Origin: Takakia lepidozioides
Taxonomy: Eukaryota > Plantae > Bryophyta
Direction: 5' to 3'
Assembly (NCBI GenBank): GCA_030704615.1
Contig: CM060732.1
Location: 41,974,001 to 42,038,000 of the forward strand
DNA: 64,000 bases
The notes under the pieces were generated by a model that was not told the DNA's origin, made no database searches, and saw only the letters and a program-made list of their open reading frames with translations. The position numbers and the translations under genes are program-made. Below, in pieces: positions 1 to 13,199 of this stretch; the stretch's first letter is position 1, and each line of letters begins with the position of its first letter.

Positions 1-800
1 GGGCGAGTTTGGCGTACTATCCTTGAGCTCTCATCTTGACGAGTTCAAGGTCAGATGGTGGGGTCGGTTGATGCCTAATACCAGATACCCTAAGATGATC
101 GACTCTATTTCTCGGAATAACCGTCCTGTTAAACAGGCCGAGTCCGGGTGGAAAAAGGTGGAGGAGATTTTCAAGCAACCTGATTAGTAGGCAGGAAGAA
201 CTGACCCTGCTAGATGAAGTGACTTGGAGGATGGAGTGCCTAAGGCCATGTCGGAAGCATGAAGAATGTCCAAATAAACAAAGTTAGGCATAAAACTCCC
301 TGAACTTGTTTCCAGTTTGTGACACGGGTGAGGACTGGGGACCTTAAGGATAATCTGAAGGGCCTACCTACCCTCGGCACTGGACTGAAAATTAAACTCC
401 GGGTGGGGAGTCTACCTTCGAACAATTAGAGGAAAGGGAGATTGTCAATGCCCACATGTGGGCAGCCTGAAGACAATAACCATTTTCTGACGTCTGGGGT
501 ATTCTCATGCAACCCTCTTCAGGACCATCAAGAACATAGTCATTCAAATCTCGAGGCTGAGCCTTAAGCTCTGGCACTGTTGGGATTGGATTGCCGGGCA
601 GCTCACACACAGCAGATTGATGCTTGTGTGAAGGGCTTTCTAGAGGAAATGTGGATAGCCCAAACCAATCGTTTACACGAATGTAAGTCCCACTTCTAGA
701 GTGAGCCCCTCACAAAGGTACTGTCTGTACTTGTTCCGCCCAAACTGGGCACGGGGTCTATGGCCAGAAGGGGACTGCAAACATGAGTATATTCTCTCTC
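1..800 (+). mobile_element. 3' portion of a degenerate (TC)n-tailed non-LTR retrotransposon (LINE) in a NAGS intron
   Basis: Shares blocks with 37.8-39.5 kb copies (GATACCCTAAGATGATC, CTGAACTTGTTTCCAGT, GAGCCCCTCACAAAGGTA, CAAACTGGGC-CGGGGTCTATGGCCA) and ends ATGAGTATATTCTCTCTC. Confidence 0.85.
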
Positions 801-809
801 ACACACATC

Positions 810-847
810 AGGCCACGGCACACAACGTCTTATGAGTACATTCTCTC
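810..847 (+). mobile_element. Extremely 5'-truncated copy (~35 bp) of the same LINE
   Basis: AGGCCACGGCACACAACGTCTTATGAGTACATTCTCTC, with TCTCTCACAC repeated on both sides. Confidence 0.7.
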
Positions 848-885
848 ACACGTACACACGAAAACACATATCTCGAAAGACACAC

Positions 886-3800
886 CGAGCAAGTTGTCCC
901 CACGTCCATGGCCACGGCACTCAGGGGCAACAGCAAAAGCTGCAACTTCTCCGCTTTTTTCTGCAAAGTATGGGAATAAAGCGGCGCACGCAATTATTGA
1001 GCCATCCCTCTCAACCACCGTGTATGCTTCTATCTCCTGCAGCAGCTGCAAACCCAAAACACAGCCAGGAAAACACCCCTTAGAGAAGTGACAAGATGAG
1101 AGCTATATCTGTCATGAAAGTGCTAGATTAGCATTATGACACAATCGTCTGTTAGTCAATGAGGAAACATTTAACTCACACTGGTTTCCTGCAGGTATCA
1201 AGCATATCTTTGGCTCTACATAACCTGGAAAGAAGTTCAGCATGATGATAGAGGAAAGTGAGGATAGGTATATTCAATGCATATGTCTGTGTGTAGCTGG
1301 TGGTATTGGTTTGCATTCAGGAGAGGGGCACGTATTAGATTCCCTGTACTTTGTGCCTATTGCTCAATGCCCAAGTTTATTTTGAATGTATTTCTTTCCC
1401 CTATTATTTGCTCTACTGCAACCTACAAGAACCTCAAAATCCTTCCATCAAAATACAAAAGCCTCTCTAACTGGCATGCTGTAGGCAGATTGCATATGCA
1501 GCAGATCGGGCTGCATTTACAGTCCGGAGAAACAATCTTCTGATATAAAGAATACATCTGGTCACGTTTGATTGTGAATTATTGAGCAGTCGTCATGTAT
1601 TAACACCAGGTGAATGCATTTGAGGACTTTTTTGAGGCACAGTTGGGGCAGTACCAGAAGATTGCTAAAGTTCTTCAAAGTTTCTCAGGTTTAATTGCCA
1701 GTGAAGGGCCACACATGGCCCATATTACGAACTTGGCTAGGATGAGCTACAATGATAGACTTGCCTTTGCTCCAGTGTTATGAGCAACTGAGCGAAAATT
1801 TCTGCAAAAGTACTTAGTTTGAGATTTGGATTCTCTACATTGTTAAAGAATCAAATACAGCATCCAAGTGTCAAAGGACTATATTGTCCAGCTAAGGCCC
1901 CCAGATCTTCCTAATGGTCTCTGACCTGATGTTGCTATGCTCTCATTGAGGAGGACACACTTTCATGACCAATGATCGACTGTCCATCAGACTTTGCAAC
2001 CATTCAATCAGAGACAGCTGGATTTTTTCTGCCCATTTAAGGTGAGGGCTCCAAACCCAGTTGCGACCACATAGATACTGCAGTGCTAGCAGACGACAAG
2101 ATTTGGACTGCTCTATGTGTATCCACAGAGGTCTATCCCACACAGGCTGACAGTTGATTTTGAAGGTTGCGCTTATGGTGCGAAACGTGCCTGCTTACGC
2201 GGGCGATTGACAAGAACTCCACTTTCTTCCAACGGACGCAGCAGCTCCTCAATGCTTGCTACATCGCTGACTCGTGCCGACCGAGTACCTTCATACAAGT
2301 CACTGTTTTACAAAGAACATAAAGACATTCAGATGGAGAGAATGTACTAATAAGACGCTGTTTGCCATAGCCTAGTGGCCGTAGACCCCGCACCCAGTTT
2401 GGGCGGAACAAAAGGGAACTTATGCTACCTCTGTGTGGGGCTCACTCCAGTAGTGTGCCTTACCTTGACAGAGACAATCAGTTCGGGTTTTCCAGATATT
2501 CTCTAGAAAGCCCTTCACATAAGCATCAACTTGCTGTGAGAGCTGCCCAGCAATTAGACCCCAACAGGGCCAGGGCGTTAGGCAGATGTTCAAATAGAGA
2601 GGAAAAGAAACAAACAAACTTCATACGTCCTGAAAGCCCAAAAAAGCTCATATGACAAAAATACAGCCCAATCCAAGAGAGAGCTAAGAATAAGTATGGA
2701 TAGATATGGATAAATGGATAAAGCATTGCATTGAATATAGAAAGCATATAGCTCAACTGAGCATCAAGGATCGATAAAGAGCCACTCCTTAGAAATTAAA
2801 AAGAATGAACAACTATCCTTGAATCTACATCTTCTTTTCCAAAAATCAGTAACTCCATGCACTAAAATATAAATAAGAAACCCCAACAAACGTGTGAGCA
2901 GAGGCAGAAAGAGAAAGGAGTTTCTTTCTCTTCATCCAGTTTTCACTTGGCAGGTGATTTCCCCATGATTTGTCTGCACTTGGTGTGTTTCTCTGTCTGC
3001 TGGTTCTTCTACGGCTGGCATTTCTCCGCTTGCCAAAGGTCTGATTGAGGTTTATGGTCTATGGAGTTTAATCTGGGCTGTTTCTCTGTCCTTGCAAAGA
3101 AGAAAGAAATATTTAAAGGCAGTAACATCCAGACAATAGACGTAACACAGGCTTGCGGCAATACAACCACAGAATTTATCCAGACTAAACGAGTGGCGAT
3201 TGGTATAAATGAGCCATGCACCTCACAACCCACTCTGCATGTGAGCTCGACCTGAACAAATTTGTGATGATGAACAGCTTAAAGTGTTGGTTAGAAACAC
3301 AGAAACCTTGAAACCATGGTCCCGATTCCATCGCGACTGTAAAGCTCAAGTAGAAGTGCTCCTTGAATGTGACTGTCCACAAGATGTACCCGCCGGACAC
3401 CACCCTGCAATAAGTTAAGGTATTAACAACATGGAGACTGGTTCTTTGTCGAGAGAGTATCACACATATCCTTGCCATCTCATAGCTCAGTAAGGAATAT
3501 CACCACAACCTCACCAAACAGCAACTAGTATTAGCAGAATGGAGGGAGGATTTGGGGAGGGAATGGCACGTTGGAGGAGCAAGTGAGTGAGGGAGCAGAG
3601 AATAAGCAGGATGAACACTGACATACATAACAAGACTTGCGGGTATAACCTTCTCTTAACAGTCTGCTAAATAAGGGATGATAGGTTACTCGGCAAACGT
3701 AGACTGCAGCAGTCAGTTCTGACAGGTATGCATACACTCGACTAAGCCTTTCTTCTCCGCCAATTGCAAAGCCCTGCCGTTTCTGGGGCTCCAAGGCAGT

Positions 3801-6800
3801 GTTCCCCCCTGCTGAACCATTTCCAGTATCATGGGGCGTTTGACTGCTGGAGGGATCAATTCCCAGGCTCTTCACGTAACCAGGCCCTGCCACAGCTTTC
3901 ACGTAATCAGAGGCAGTATAGCTCTGGCTGGCCCGTTTACGAATCAGTTGGTCTGCCTCTTGTAGCGTCATGAATCGAAGATTGCGACCGGCCTCGTTGT
4001 ACACTGGACCATCCAGCAGGCACAGAAGCTTGTCTGCCTGGAGAGCTGTTGCACAAGCTGTTGCCACTTCATAGGTGCTGCACATGAGTAATAGAGACAG
4101 GAAAACAGAATGAGCAGACTATGTTTGACAATGGGAGGTGTGGATGGAGGAAAATGGTGTTGAACCATACCTGAGGAACCCAAAGCACATCCCGCTACCC
4201 TGGTCACCCAATACACAAATCTAGACATGTAAAACAAGATGGGGCTGAAACATGCCAATACAGGACTCTACAGATATCTCATCAGAGGCCTCTGATTCAG
4301 GCTACATTAAGGCCTACTTACTTGCAGTTAAGAACCTCTCCAGAACCTGAATAACCTAAGTTGCTGAGCAGGACGATGCAATTGCCCTCAAGCCGCTCTT
4401 TGATCCGCACCACATCAATCTTCTTCACCTCTCCTGTAGCCCCAAAGTCGATGCCGTCCACTACACCCCTTGGCTGCATCCTATGATTAGAAACTCATCA
4501 GTAATAAAATAGTGGCCAAGGCACTTATCAAAACTGGTCATCCTCTCTGTGGGTGCGTTGTATGCATGGGTTTCCAGAGACCATGAAGGGTCCATGTCTG
4601 AAGCAAAACTTTCTATTTAGTCATCCTTTTGCAAGGATCATAACCCATACACAGCTTCATGAACAAGCAAAGCATTTAGAACTAAAGTGAACTCAACAGA
4701 GTCACACATTACAAGCACCCTGCATATTGCCTTTCCAAGCGAATACCATGGCAGCCAAACAGTCTCAACTTTCATAACAGGGAAGCTCAATTGCAAGCAA
4801 GAGTGTCATTCTTAAATGTATGCCGCCGATTCAATTCACTATTTAGAAGCAGGCAAACAGGCATCTGAAAATTATCCAAACACATTCATGCAGCTCCAAA
4901 CGCTTGCTAGAATAGCACACATTCTTTACAGTATCCCATTTCAACTCAAACATAAAACTTTGAACTCATAAACTGCGGAACACCCTGCTTCCGAACCTTG
5001 GCAGAAATGTAGTTGCCACTGGTAACGCTTACTCCAACCTCATGCCACCGGTCATTCTCGCCATGGCGCCTCAAAATGGGAATGGAAGGGCCTCGAGAAA
5101 GTTTTGCCTCAATGTTGACACGAATCCTGCCTGCAGCTTCCATGGACGCCTCCAGTGCTGGGGCATCAGTGATACGATAGGCCCCCACATACTGTGCCTT
5201 GTGCCCTGCAGACTACCCAATCTCCCCCTTACTTCCTCTTTCCTCAATAGCAATAAGTGTATGCTGCCATATGGACAACAACATTCTTGAGGAGATAACC
5301 AAGGAGGACAAACCATTATACACATGTATAGATCTACATATATTTAAACATGCTACATTACTTTCGGGCAGCGGTCAAGAAACCTATAAAAGATCAGGTC
5401 ATTCACAAGTACACTCACTGACACTTAAATAGGACTCCTAACGAAATCCAAAAGAATTCAACTGCTTGCACCTCATGAGTAAGTTCAGGATACCACAGCT
5501 GAACACTTTACTCGCCACATTCAATCAGAATAGTCATCAGCAAGAAAAGCCTAGTAACCATTCGCCCCATACATGAACCACAGTCAGGCAACAGGAAAAC
5601 TAGTCAGTACAAAAACTCAAGAGTAAGGAAGCTGAGAGGCAACATCCTCACCTCTCTCCTGTAAGAGTTTATCGATTTGAATGTGTGTGCCTGGTACAAT
5701 CACCAATTTAATCCCCAAGCCGTGGATAAGTGCTAAATCCTGCCACACCACATAAACAGCTGCATACATGAGATATTACAATGCAAGAGTTGTAAATCAA
5801 TTTACAACAAGAAAATGAGGATCGTGTCTGCTTGTTTGCCATCAACTCTCTTTACAAACTACTGTTTGCAGGAAATGCGGGAAACAACCAAGAACAAAGT
5901 TTTTCGACCATCGAGCTTGGCAAGACTAAAGATTCTGACTCCAAACAGGTAGCAACCAAGGTTTCCTGGAACACAAACCCAGTGCAGCCAGATCACTCTG
6001 GGATCGTCAATTTGAGCCAGATGTGGTGTTTGAACTGCACTTTGCCGTGTTGAGACTGTCAGAGTAAGAGAGTCTTTGCAAGCGGGGCCTTGACCCCTGA
6101 TGAAGCACAAAGTCCACATGTTTGGCATGCCCACTTGCAGGGAAAAGAGTGGATGAGTACGTTATGGTTTCTGAGAACTGTTGCAAATTAAGTTAGTATT
6201 GACGCCTCCAATTTCCCGCTACACAAGAATCCACCTCCGACGTTCTTATTTTCTGAATTGGAGTTATGGAAGAACATTGAAATTCTGCTGCTTGGAATGT
6301 CCCAACCTTCCTTCATATCAATCTTTGCACAGAAAAAAGTTAATTTTCCTGAGAGGAGATATACCTGTAAAATGCCATCCATCATCGCACGATTTTCAAT
6401 GACTTCGCCAGGGATCACAACGACGAAGGTGCTGCCGCGATGGCCTTGAATGTAGGGCCAGGCCTCCCTGAACCAGTTCACATATTGGATTTGCTTCTCA
6501 TATTCAAAGCCAGGGATCGTATTATTCATACTCTCGATCCCTTTGCTTGCGCTGGACCAACAATTCCTTCTAAAAACCATCCTGGTTTGCGGATTTTCTC
6601 TCCCATAATTTCTGACCACAGCAGAATCGCTGGGACGTGAGGGCCAGGAATCAGCCCCAAGTGTGCAGCGGCAAAGAAATTGCTGCGAAGAAACAGCAAC
6701 AAAGAAATGTGTACACGCAGGAAGGCACTTCTCCCTCGCAGGCCCGCTCTGTGCGTAATCTGGCCCCCAGGGCTGAACCCGGGGGTCACCAAAACCTCCA

Positions 6801-6976
6801 ACAAGCTGCAACCTTCTAGACTTCCAAGCTGCACCAGGACGGTTTGTACAGTCTCTGCCGACATTGCTTAACTTATCAGAAGAAGGAAATTCTACTGATC
6901 TCCGACTGCTTCTGGCACCTAATTCAACTCCATCACAGCCCTTGCACATGGAGGCCTGAGGCGCCGCTACAGCCAT
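886..6976 (-). CDS. NAGS: N-acetylglutamate synthase / amino-acid N-acetyltransferase (ArgA-type, AAK + GNAT domains), probably plastid-targeted; 3' exon(s) lie left of the window
   Basis: Exons (minus): 6976-6365, 5739-5652, 5205-4997, 4473-4322, 4077-3690, 3404-3307, 2302-2191, 1045-886, all phase-consistent. Motifs: [72 protein letters not shown]...[32 protein letters not shown]...[15 protein letters not shown]. Start ATG uncertain (6976 or 6997). Confidence 0.93.
2336..2585 (-). mobile_element. 5'-truncated copy of the (TC)n-tailed LINE in a NAGS intron (opposite orientation to the 1-800 copy)
   Basis: Reverse complement of the family 3' end: GAGAGAATGTACTAATAAGACGCTGTTTGCCATAGCCTAGTGGCCGTAGACCCCGCACCCAGTTTGGGCGG; translates [17 protein letters not shown]. 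Confidence 0.85.
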
Positions 6977-8357
6977 GTAGCTAGCTCTGTGTAGCATGCA
7001 CTCTACAACGAAAATATATGCAACATCTTTCACACAAAGAATCCACTCAAACCTACTGGAGGCTGAAGCAGACAAGGACAGAGGAATAAAAACAGCGGAG
7101 CAGGCACCGCGAAGCAGCCTTTGACACACGCTGGAGAAATGCAACGGCTGCTCCCGGCATTTGTACAAGATACCATGATCCAAGCGGAAAGGACCTCGTC
7201 CACAGCCGCCATGATCGTCGATCGCCTCGTTCTTGCGGCACCTGCTCCTCGCACATGCAGCACCTTCAGAAATGACATAGTCCCAGAAAAGCTGACGATA
7301 CACTTCGTTCGTCGACAGACAAAGAGAGGATCTTTCTCCTCCTTTACCGTCTGTCCAACGATGTAGTCTTTTTCCTTAATTCATCCCTCAGTGAAATAAT
7401 ACGTAAATAGTAGGTGCGAATACAGCCTCTAGGCAGAACTCCAAGATGGTGCCACATGGCGGACTCACGAGATTCCCCGACGTGGATGTGCCGCGTCATC
7501 GACGGGAGTTGAACTGACACGGAGGACGTCGACGAACGAACGGATACCTTTCCGTTCATGTGAATGAAGCAGGCGGCCGTGAGATAACGTCAAACGTACT
7601 TACCGGAGACGCGGCGAACAGCCAGCGGGACACGGGACACGGAGACACGCGGCCGGATCCCAATGCCGCCCGCCTGGGTTTCAGAGCAGTTTGTCGGCAG
7701 CAGGTGGGCTGTACCCGATTATGGAGACCATGACGGTTTTGGCCTCGGGCAGTTGTCCGGAATGGACGGTCAAGATTCTCTGCAGGGTTTCTCGAGCGGC
7801 CACGATTTCGTCTCTCTCCTTGTCTATTGCCCAAGTTGTGCCCCAACCATATTTTCAAATTGCTCAAATGCGTGAGCAAACCTGTAGCAACCAATTTGAA
7901 ACTAGACGAAAACATGGTCGTGTCTGATTTGCATGTGTCCATTACGTAGTCCTGGACTTTGGGCAGCCAGTTAAAAATATGGAGAGGAGGAGATGGACTT
8001 CTTCAGCAGCGGCAAGACCTGACAGTCCATTTCCGGGCAGCTTCCTGCCCGGAATGACCACATATTCACCTCAAATCCTTTGTAAAGTCGGTGTAGAGGC
8101 ATACGACGTTGAGTATAGCAAATTCTGTTGGAGATGTAATTTTGAGCAGAAAAAGAATAGTCGTTACGCATATAGTCTGACATAAAAAAATGTCCCAATG
8201 TATAACTCGTGAGGAATAAGCTTAATCTTCAAACAATTGGCCTATAAAATAGTTTTACATCTTGTTGTTCCTGCACACCGTTTAGATCTTGGCACATAAA
8301 AACAAATATCACATTGACATGCTAATAAAATGAAATACGATACAAAAGCCATCCACC

Positions 8358-9010
8358 TTAACAATTACCGCCGCTCCCTGCTTCCTCTTCCCCACTCTCC
8401 GCCCCTTCTAGAATATCGCCACAGTGTCGCCATAGTGGTCCCTCCTTTTTAGGCGAAAAAAGGCCTAAAAGCACCCAAAAATGTGGGCCCGCAACACCCC
8501 TATACAAGGGGGCAGAAACAAAAAATATCGCAGAAACGGGCCGGGCCCTGGCCAGCTGGTGCCAGAAAGCACCTGGGTAACCCACCCTTTTCGCGGGGAG
8601 CATGGTGCCCTAAATCCAAGGGCTCGCGCCCCATCGCACCAGGGGTCATCACGAATTCGTCACCTGCACCTATCACCACCGTCCTCCAGCTGGAAGCCAA
8701 ATTGCAGCCATATGTAGTAGCCATATTGCCATATTGCACCGTCCGATCACCATATTGCACAATATATTGCATACCAGCCGGATGGATTCTAGTGGACATT
8801 GTAATAGTCGCTACCTCTGCACTCGATCCCAAAATATTTCACCACGTCCACGCCTAGGCACAAGTGCAAAAAAAAGGGTTGGTGTTGACCAAGGCGTCCA
8901 TTATGCTCTTTTTGTGGTCATTTCAGCCTCTGAAATTTGTGTGGCCTCATCATAATGAGGCCCAAGGGGGCATAGGTGAAAGTGACCTAACAGCGGCCCC
9001 ACTACATTTA
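8358..9010. repeat. GC-rich probable transposon remnant with CATATTGC short repeats
   Basis: Abrupt compositional shift; CATATTGC-like motif about 4 times at 8720-8772; no coding similarity recognised and no termini confirmed. Confidence 0.3.
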
Positions 9011-10379
9011 AACCCTCTGCATTGCAATGCTGTTGTTATATATCCAACCCCTAATTTGTGGTAAATGATGAGGATGCAGCTTTCTGATATGATGATGGCA
9101 TATTTGTCGTCTAGGAGGTTACGGGTTCAAACCTATAAAATGGTGGTTGGTATCCATCACAATTACCTTCATGATGGTAGTTTTCACACAATTTGCATGA
9201 AGGTGGTTTAGTATAATTTTGCAACTACCTTCATGCGGGAAGTCATGAAACTACTTGCATGAAGGTAGGCATAAATTTCCTAAGCCGAAAAAATTTCCCA
9301 AGTCCTTGAGGCGTGTAGGTAGTTCGGGCCTATGTTAATGAGGTGGCAAGCCCTATTCCCCGCCCTGCCTCATGGCCATGATTACGACGAGGCCACACAA
9401 AATTCAGATCCATCCCATAGTCCTCGCAAAGGCCTCTGTTCTGCTCCTTTTGCCGCAGTGCCGCCAACCCTTGCCCTCCTCCTCCTCCTAGGCGCTCTCT
9501 CTCTCACACCACTTTCTCTTGGCTAGCCAACTTATCATTTTCTTTATTTTCTTTCTATCTTACACTGACTATTCTCGTTCATGCTTGTTCTCTGTATTTG
9601 TGGGGAAATACAATAGAACTAAGATCCTGAAAAAATGCAAGTTATTTGAGGGCTATGAGCAGCTTCCATCTTAGGACGGTCCATAGAAAACCCCTGATAT
9701 GAATCTGATAATGAACAGGTCTGTTGTGCTGCCCCATATCATCGCCGAATGATCTTTTTCATTTTACTTGTAGAGACTTTATTTTCAGATCTGAACAGTC
9801 ATGGCTTCCATGGCCGCTCCAGAACTGTGCCTGAAAAATTACCATATCAAACCAGTGACATGTTGAAGCTCATCCAACAACCATATTCTATCTAGAAATA
9901 TACTTTAGCTTGAGCATTAGAAACCTGAGATAGTGATAATGTCAATAAGTTGTCACATCAACCTAATAGGCTCTGGCCATGAGCCCAAAGTTGACAAATG
10001 CGACAAACTGAAACCACAGAACTGTTCTCATTGAAATTAAGGCATGTTCACTTCTTTTTTTTTCATGGTAGGATAAAAATGTATAGTGCTTGTATCTACT
10101 ACATGCTATAAATACTTGATAACTATTAGTTGAAGTAAAAACCAGCAATGAAAAGTCCTCAAATGTTTCACTAGATATTTGAAGCAAAGCACAACATTTT
10201 GTCTAATTTGACATGCTATAGAATGAGCTCCATTTGAAATGATCAAACATGTAATATAACTAGCTACTATCATAATAGACAATGCATCACATCTTCACAT
10301 GTCTATGCATTGGACCACGGCAATAACCTGCCATTGTGCTTGGTTTTTTATGACAGAGTTGGAGCATCGACAAATTTGT

Positions 10380-11849
10380 GATCACTGTTGTAAATGCAGG
10401 TCGCATTGGCTGACCTCAATTCCATTGAGTCGTTTGTCTCCTCTCTTTCTTGCTGCTCTTTGAGTAGGATTTGACATTCCAAGGTTTACACCATGATAGA
10501 TGTTTGGATTAGCAGTCACCCCACTTTTGATGGCTTGGTGGAAAACATTGTCCATAGCTCTAATATTATGTGTTTGCCAATAAGCATCAAACTCCGCTCT
10601 TTGGCCTTTCTCTATGGCTTTCTCACTTGCTTTCTCTGTTGCAGAACGTGTGTTGTCTCTTTGCTTTAGTCATGCCTTTTCTTTTCTCTCTCGCTGTTTT
10701 TTCTCTCTTTCTTTTTCAACAGCCTCTCTCATAAAGGCTTTCTGTTGCATGATTGTTGTATACTCTGTAGAGATCATGACAATGGAATTGACATAGTCAA
10801 CTAATGGCTCTTTTCTTTTTGTAGGCCCTTGGCTAGAAATCGAGGCCATGCAAAGAGGAACTGGCTTGATTCATAAGTATCTTGTGTGCATTGCACATCT
10901 ATTTGTGAACTTTGTCCATCAGAAATCTGACTTGTGGCTGCTTGCAAATTGACAGCAACATTAGATCCCACAAAGAAATGTTGCCAGAGATTTTCTTCTA
11001 TGTAAGTAGCATCATTGGTTGGCTGGAATATATGTTCACTTGCTATGTCAATGAGTGAAGTGCTCTCATCAAGAGGTAGAAAAGGCTGCACACTTGTGTT
11101 TGTGTTGTTGTTGCTCCTCGATGATTGATGTTCATTCGTATTAAGTGGATTGTTTTCAATCATGGATAATAGTGCAGCTGCTCCAGCAGTAGTATTTGCT
11201 TCAATCTCGACGTCTGCTTCATCATTCTCGTTCTCTGACCCTCTTACAGGTTCCTCTGCTTCAGCATCAAATTGTTCAGAAGGTCCAACTTTACTCTCCA
11301 TTGCTCGAGGATTGAAAGGCCAAATTCCGGTGGTTCGAAAACTTGCCCGAATATTTTGAGATAATAGAACCTCCTTAATAGGTTGGTCAACCCATGATGC
11401 CAATGCATTTTTGTCAGGTTCCACAAAGTTTCTTTTCAGCACTTTGGAGTCACGAATGCTTCGAAATTTAGTTTTGAAGGGCTTGAAGCAAGCCACATCG
11501 AAGGGTTGTAGAGCATGTGAAATATGGGCTGGAAGTGTCACCATGTCCAACCGTATATTGAATTGCTTCAATTGTGACGTGGCTGCCATGCCCATCCAAT
11601 ATTAGCAAGTGTTGATTTTCTGTCGAAATCCCACTTGGAACATTCTTTTGGGAAAAAACTAGCCATTGTTTAAACAACTTGACCGTCATCCATGTCTTTT
11701 CTTGCATTGCCGTGCAAGCCCCTGTCTCACAGTCTTGAATGTAATCCTCCATGATTCGTTTGCCTCTGAAAATGTAGTTAGGGATCCTCCCTCCCTTAGC
11801 ATTTACACACGCATTTATAGTTGACCATTCCCTAGACTTGGGTATGGTG
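10380..11849 (-). pseudogene. Decayed pogo/Fot1-like (Tc1-mariner superfamily, DDE_1) transposase
   Basis: TIPKSREWSTINACVNAKGG..PNYIFRGKR, AMQEKTWMT, HLLILDGHGSH, LPAHISHALQPFDVACFKPFK, IRASFRTTGIWPFNP and a charged C-terminal tail; frameshift near 11550, internal stops, N-terminus missing. Confidence 0.85.
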
Positions 11850-12110
11850 CAGTGTTATGCGGGTCCGGGTTTTGAAGGCGGGTACCCAGCGGGTTAGGAT
11901 CCGGGTTACCCGGATCCGCACCTGGACCCGGGCTATCACAAAAAACCCGGATCTTGACCCAGGTTCATTTCTAAAATGAACCCGGACCGGACCCGAACCC
12001 GCCTGCTGGGTCCAGAACCCGTTAAACCCGCTACTCGCGGGCCAATGTGGCGGGTCAGGGTACGGGTCTTAATTTTAGATGGGCATGTGGGGTCCACCTT
12101 AGATCTGATA
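11850..12110 (+). mobile_element. Terminus of a hAT-like element truncating the pogo transposase
   Basis: Begins CAGTGTTATG exactly where transposase homology stops; dense ACCCG/CGGGT subterminal repeats in both orientations; partner terminus not found. Confidence 0.5.
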
Positions 12111-12490
12111 GGTTTTGTCATATGTGTGGAGAGGACCAGCAGCAATAGGCCACTGCAGCAGCCCCACGACGTTGTAGCCCAGTGGTAATGACCACATACC
12201 ACCTCAAAAACGGTTGTGGGTTCAATCCACAATCCCACACATCCATGCTATAGTGATCTATCCTTGAGGCATATTACTATTCTTAACATGTTCAAGGAAT
12301 TGATATTGAAAAATAGAAAATGGAACTCAAACTTCTATTTTAATTCTTGTGTTAAATGAGCAATACATATTCATGATATATTTTGAATGACTCTTAAAAT
12401 AAAATTTATTATTAGGATTTAAAGTTTTTTCCAGCCAAAAATAATTTTATCCCTAATTAATCTTATTTTTCTAATTTATGTAATCAATTA

Positions 12491-12527
<37 letters not shown>

Positions 12528-12554
12528 GGTTTTTTTTTTTTTTTTTTTTTTTTT
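12491..12554. repeat. (GTT)n microsatellite fused to poly-T
   Basis: About 12 GTT units followed by about 26 T. Confidence 0.95.
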
Positions 12555-12710
12555 GTGTCATTGGAAGACTTGCGGGAGGTCCATGAATTACGTGGGCGTC
12601 AAACACCCCCATAAGTCCTCACATTATGTCTTAAAAAAAAACGTTTTATTGTGTCATTAGAGGACTTGCGGAGGTCCATGAATTATGTGGGTGTCAACAC
12701 CCACATAAAA
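12555..12710. repeat. Direct duplication of ~60 bp
   Basis: GTGTCATTGGAAGACTTGCGGGAGGTCCATGAATTACGTGGGCGTCAAACACCC near 12555 and GTGTCATTAGAGGACTTGCGGAGGTCCATGAATTATGTGGGTGTCAACACCC near 12651. Confidence 0.8.
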
Positions 12711-13199
12711 AGCAATGAAGGCAAAGTAATATATAGGACATCCAAAATAAATAGGACACCATGTGCAATATCTCATTGTTCGACACTATAAACTCATCGT
12801 AGCTAAGAGTGTCCAAAGTTGAACTCATGTGAGCACAAACTTGGGTTTCGCCAGTAAAATTGATTTAAAAAATAAAAATAAAAATTCCCCCTTCAATCTC
12901 TTGTCCGAAATTGAACTCACGCACAAACTTGGTTTCGTCAACGAAATTCGATTTTGTGATTACATTTTTTTTCGCTTGACAAGCTGTTGTGACCGATGCG
13001 CTTATTCAATCGTGGGATAAATATTGGCATGGAAATGCACGGAAATAGATGAAATACCCGCGGTTATAGGGCCCCCTTCCCATGCTCACGTGAGCTCATG
13101 AGCAGGCTCATGAATTATCATTCCTCGATCTTCTATTAACCACTGCAATGTAGTATTGATCCAACTACAAATACATCAATGACTAGGTTATTATTGTAT

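Noticed and set aside
6188-7303. 371-aa ORF as a standalone protein
   Set aside because: It is NAGS exon 1 (6976-6365) plus open 5' leader and intron read-through.
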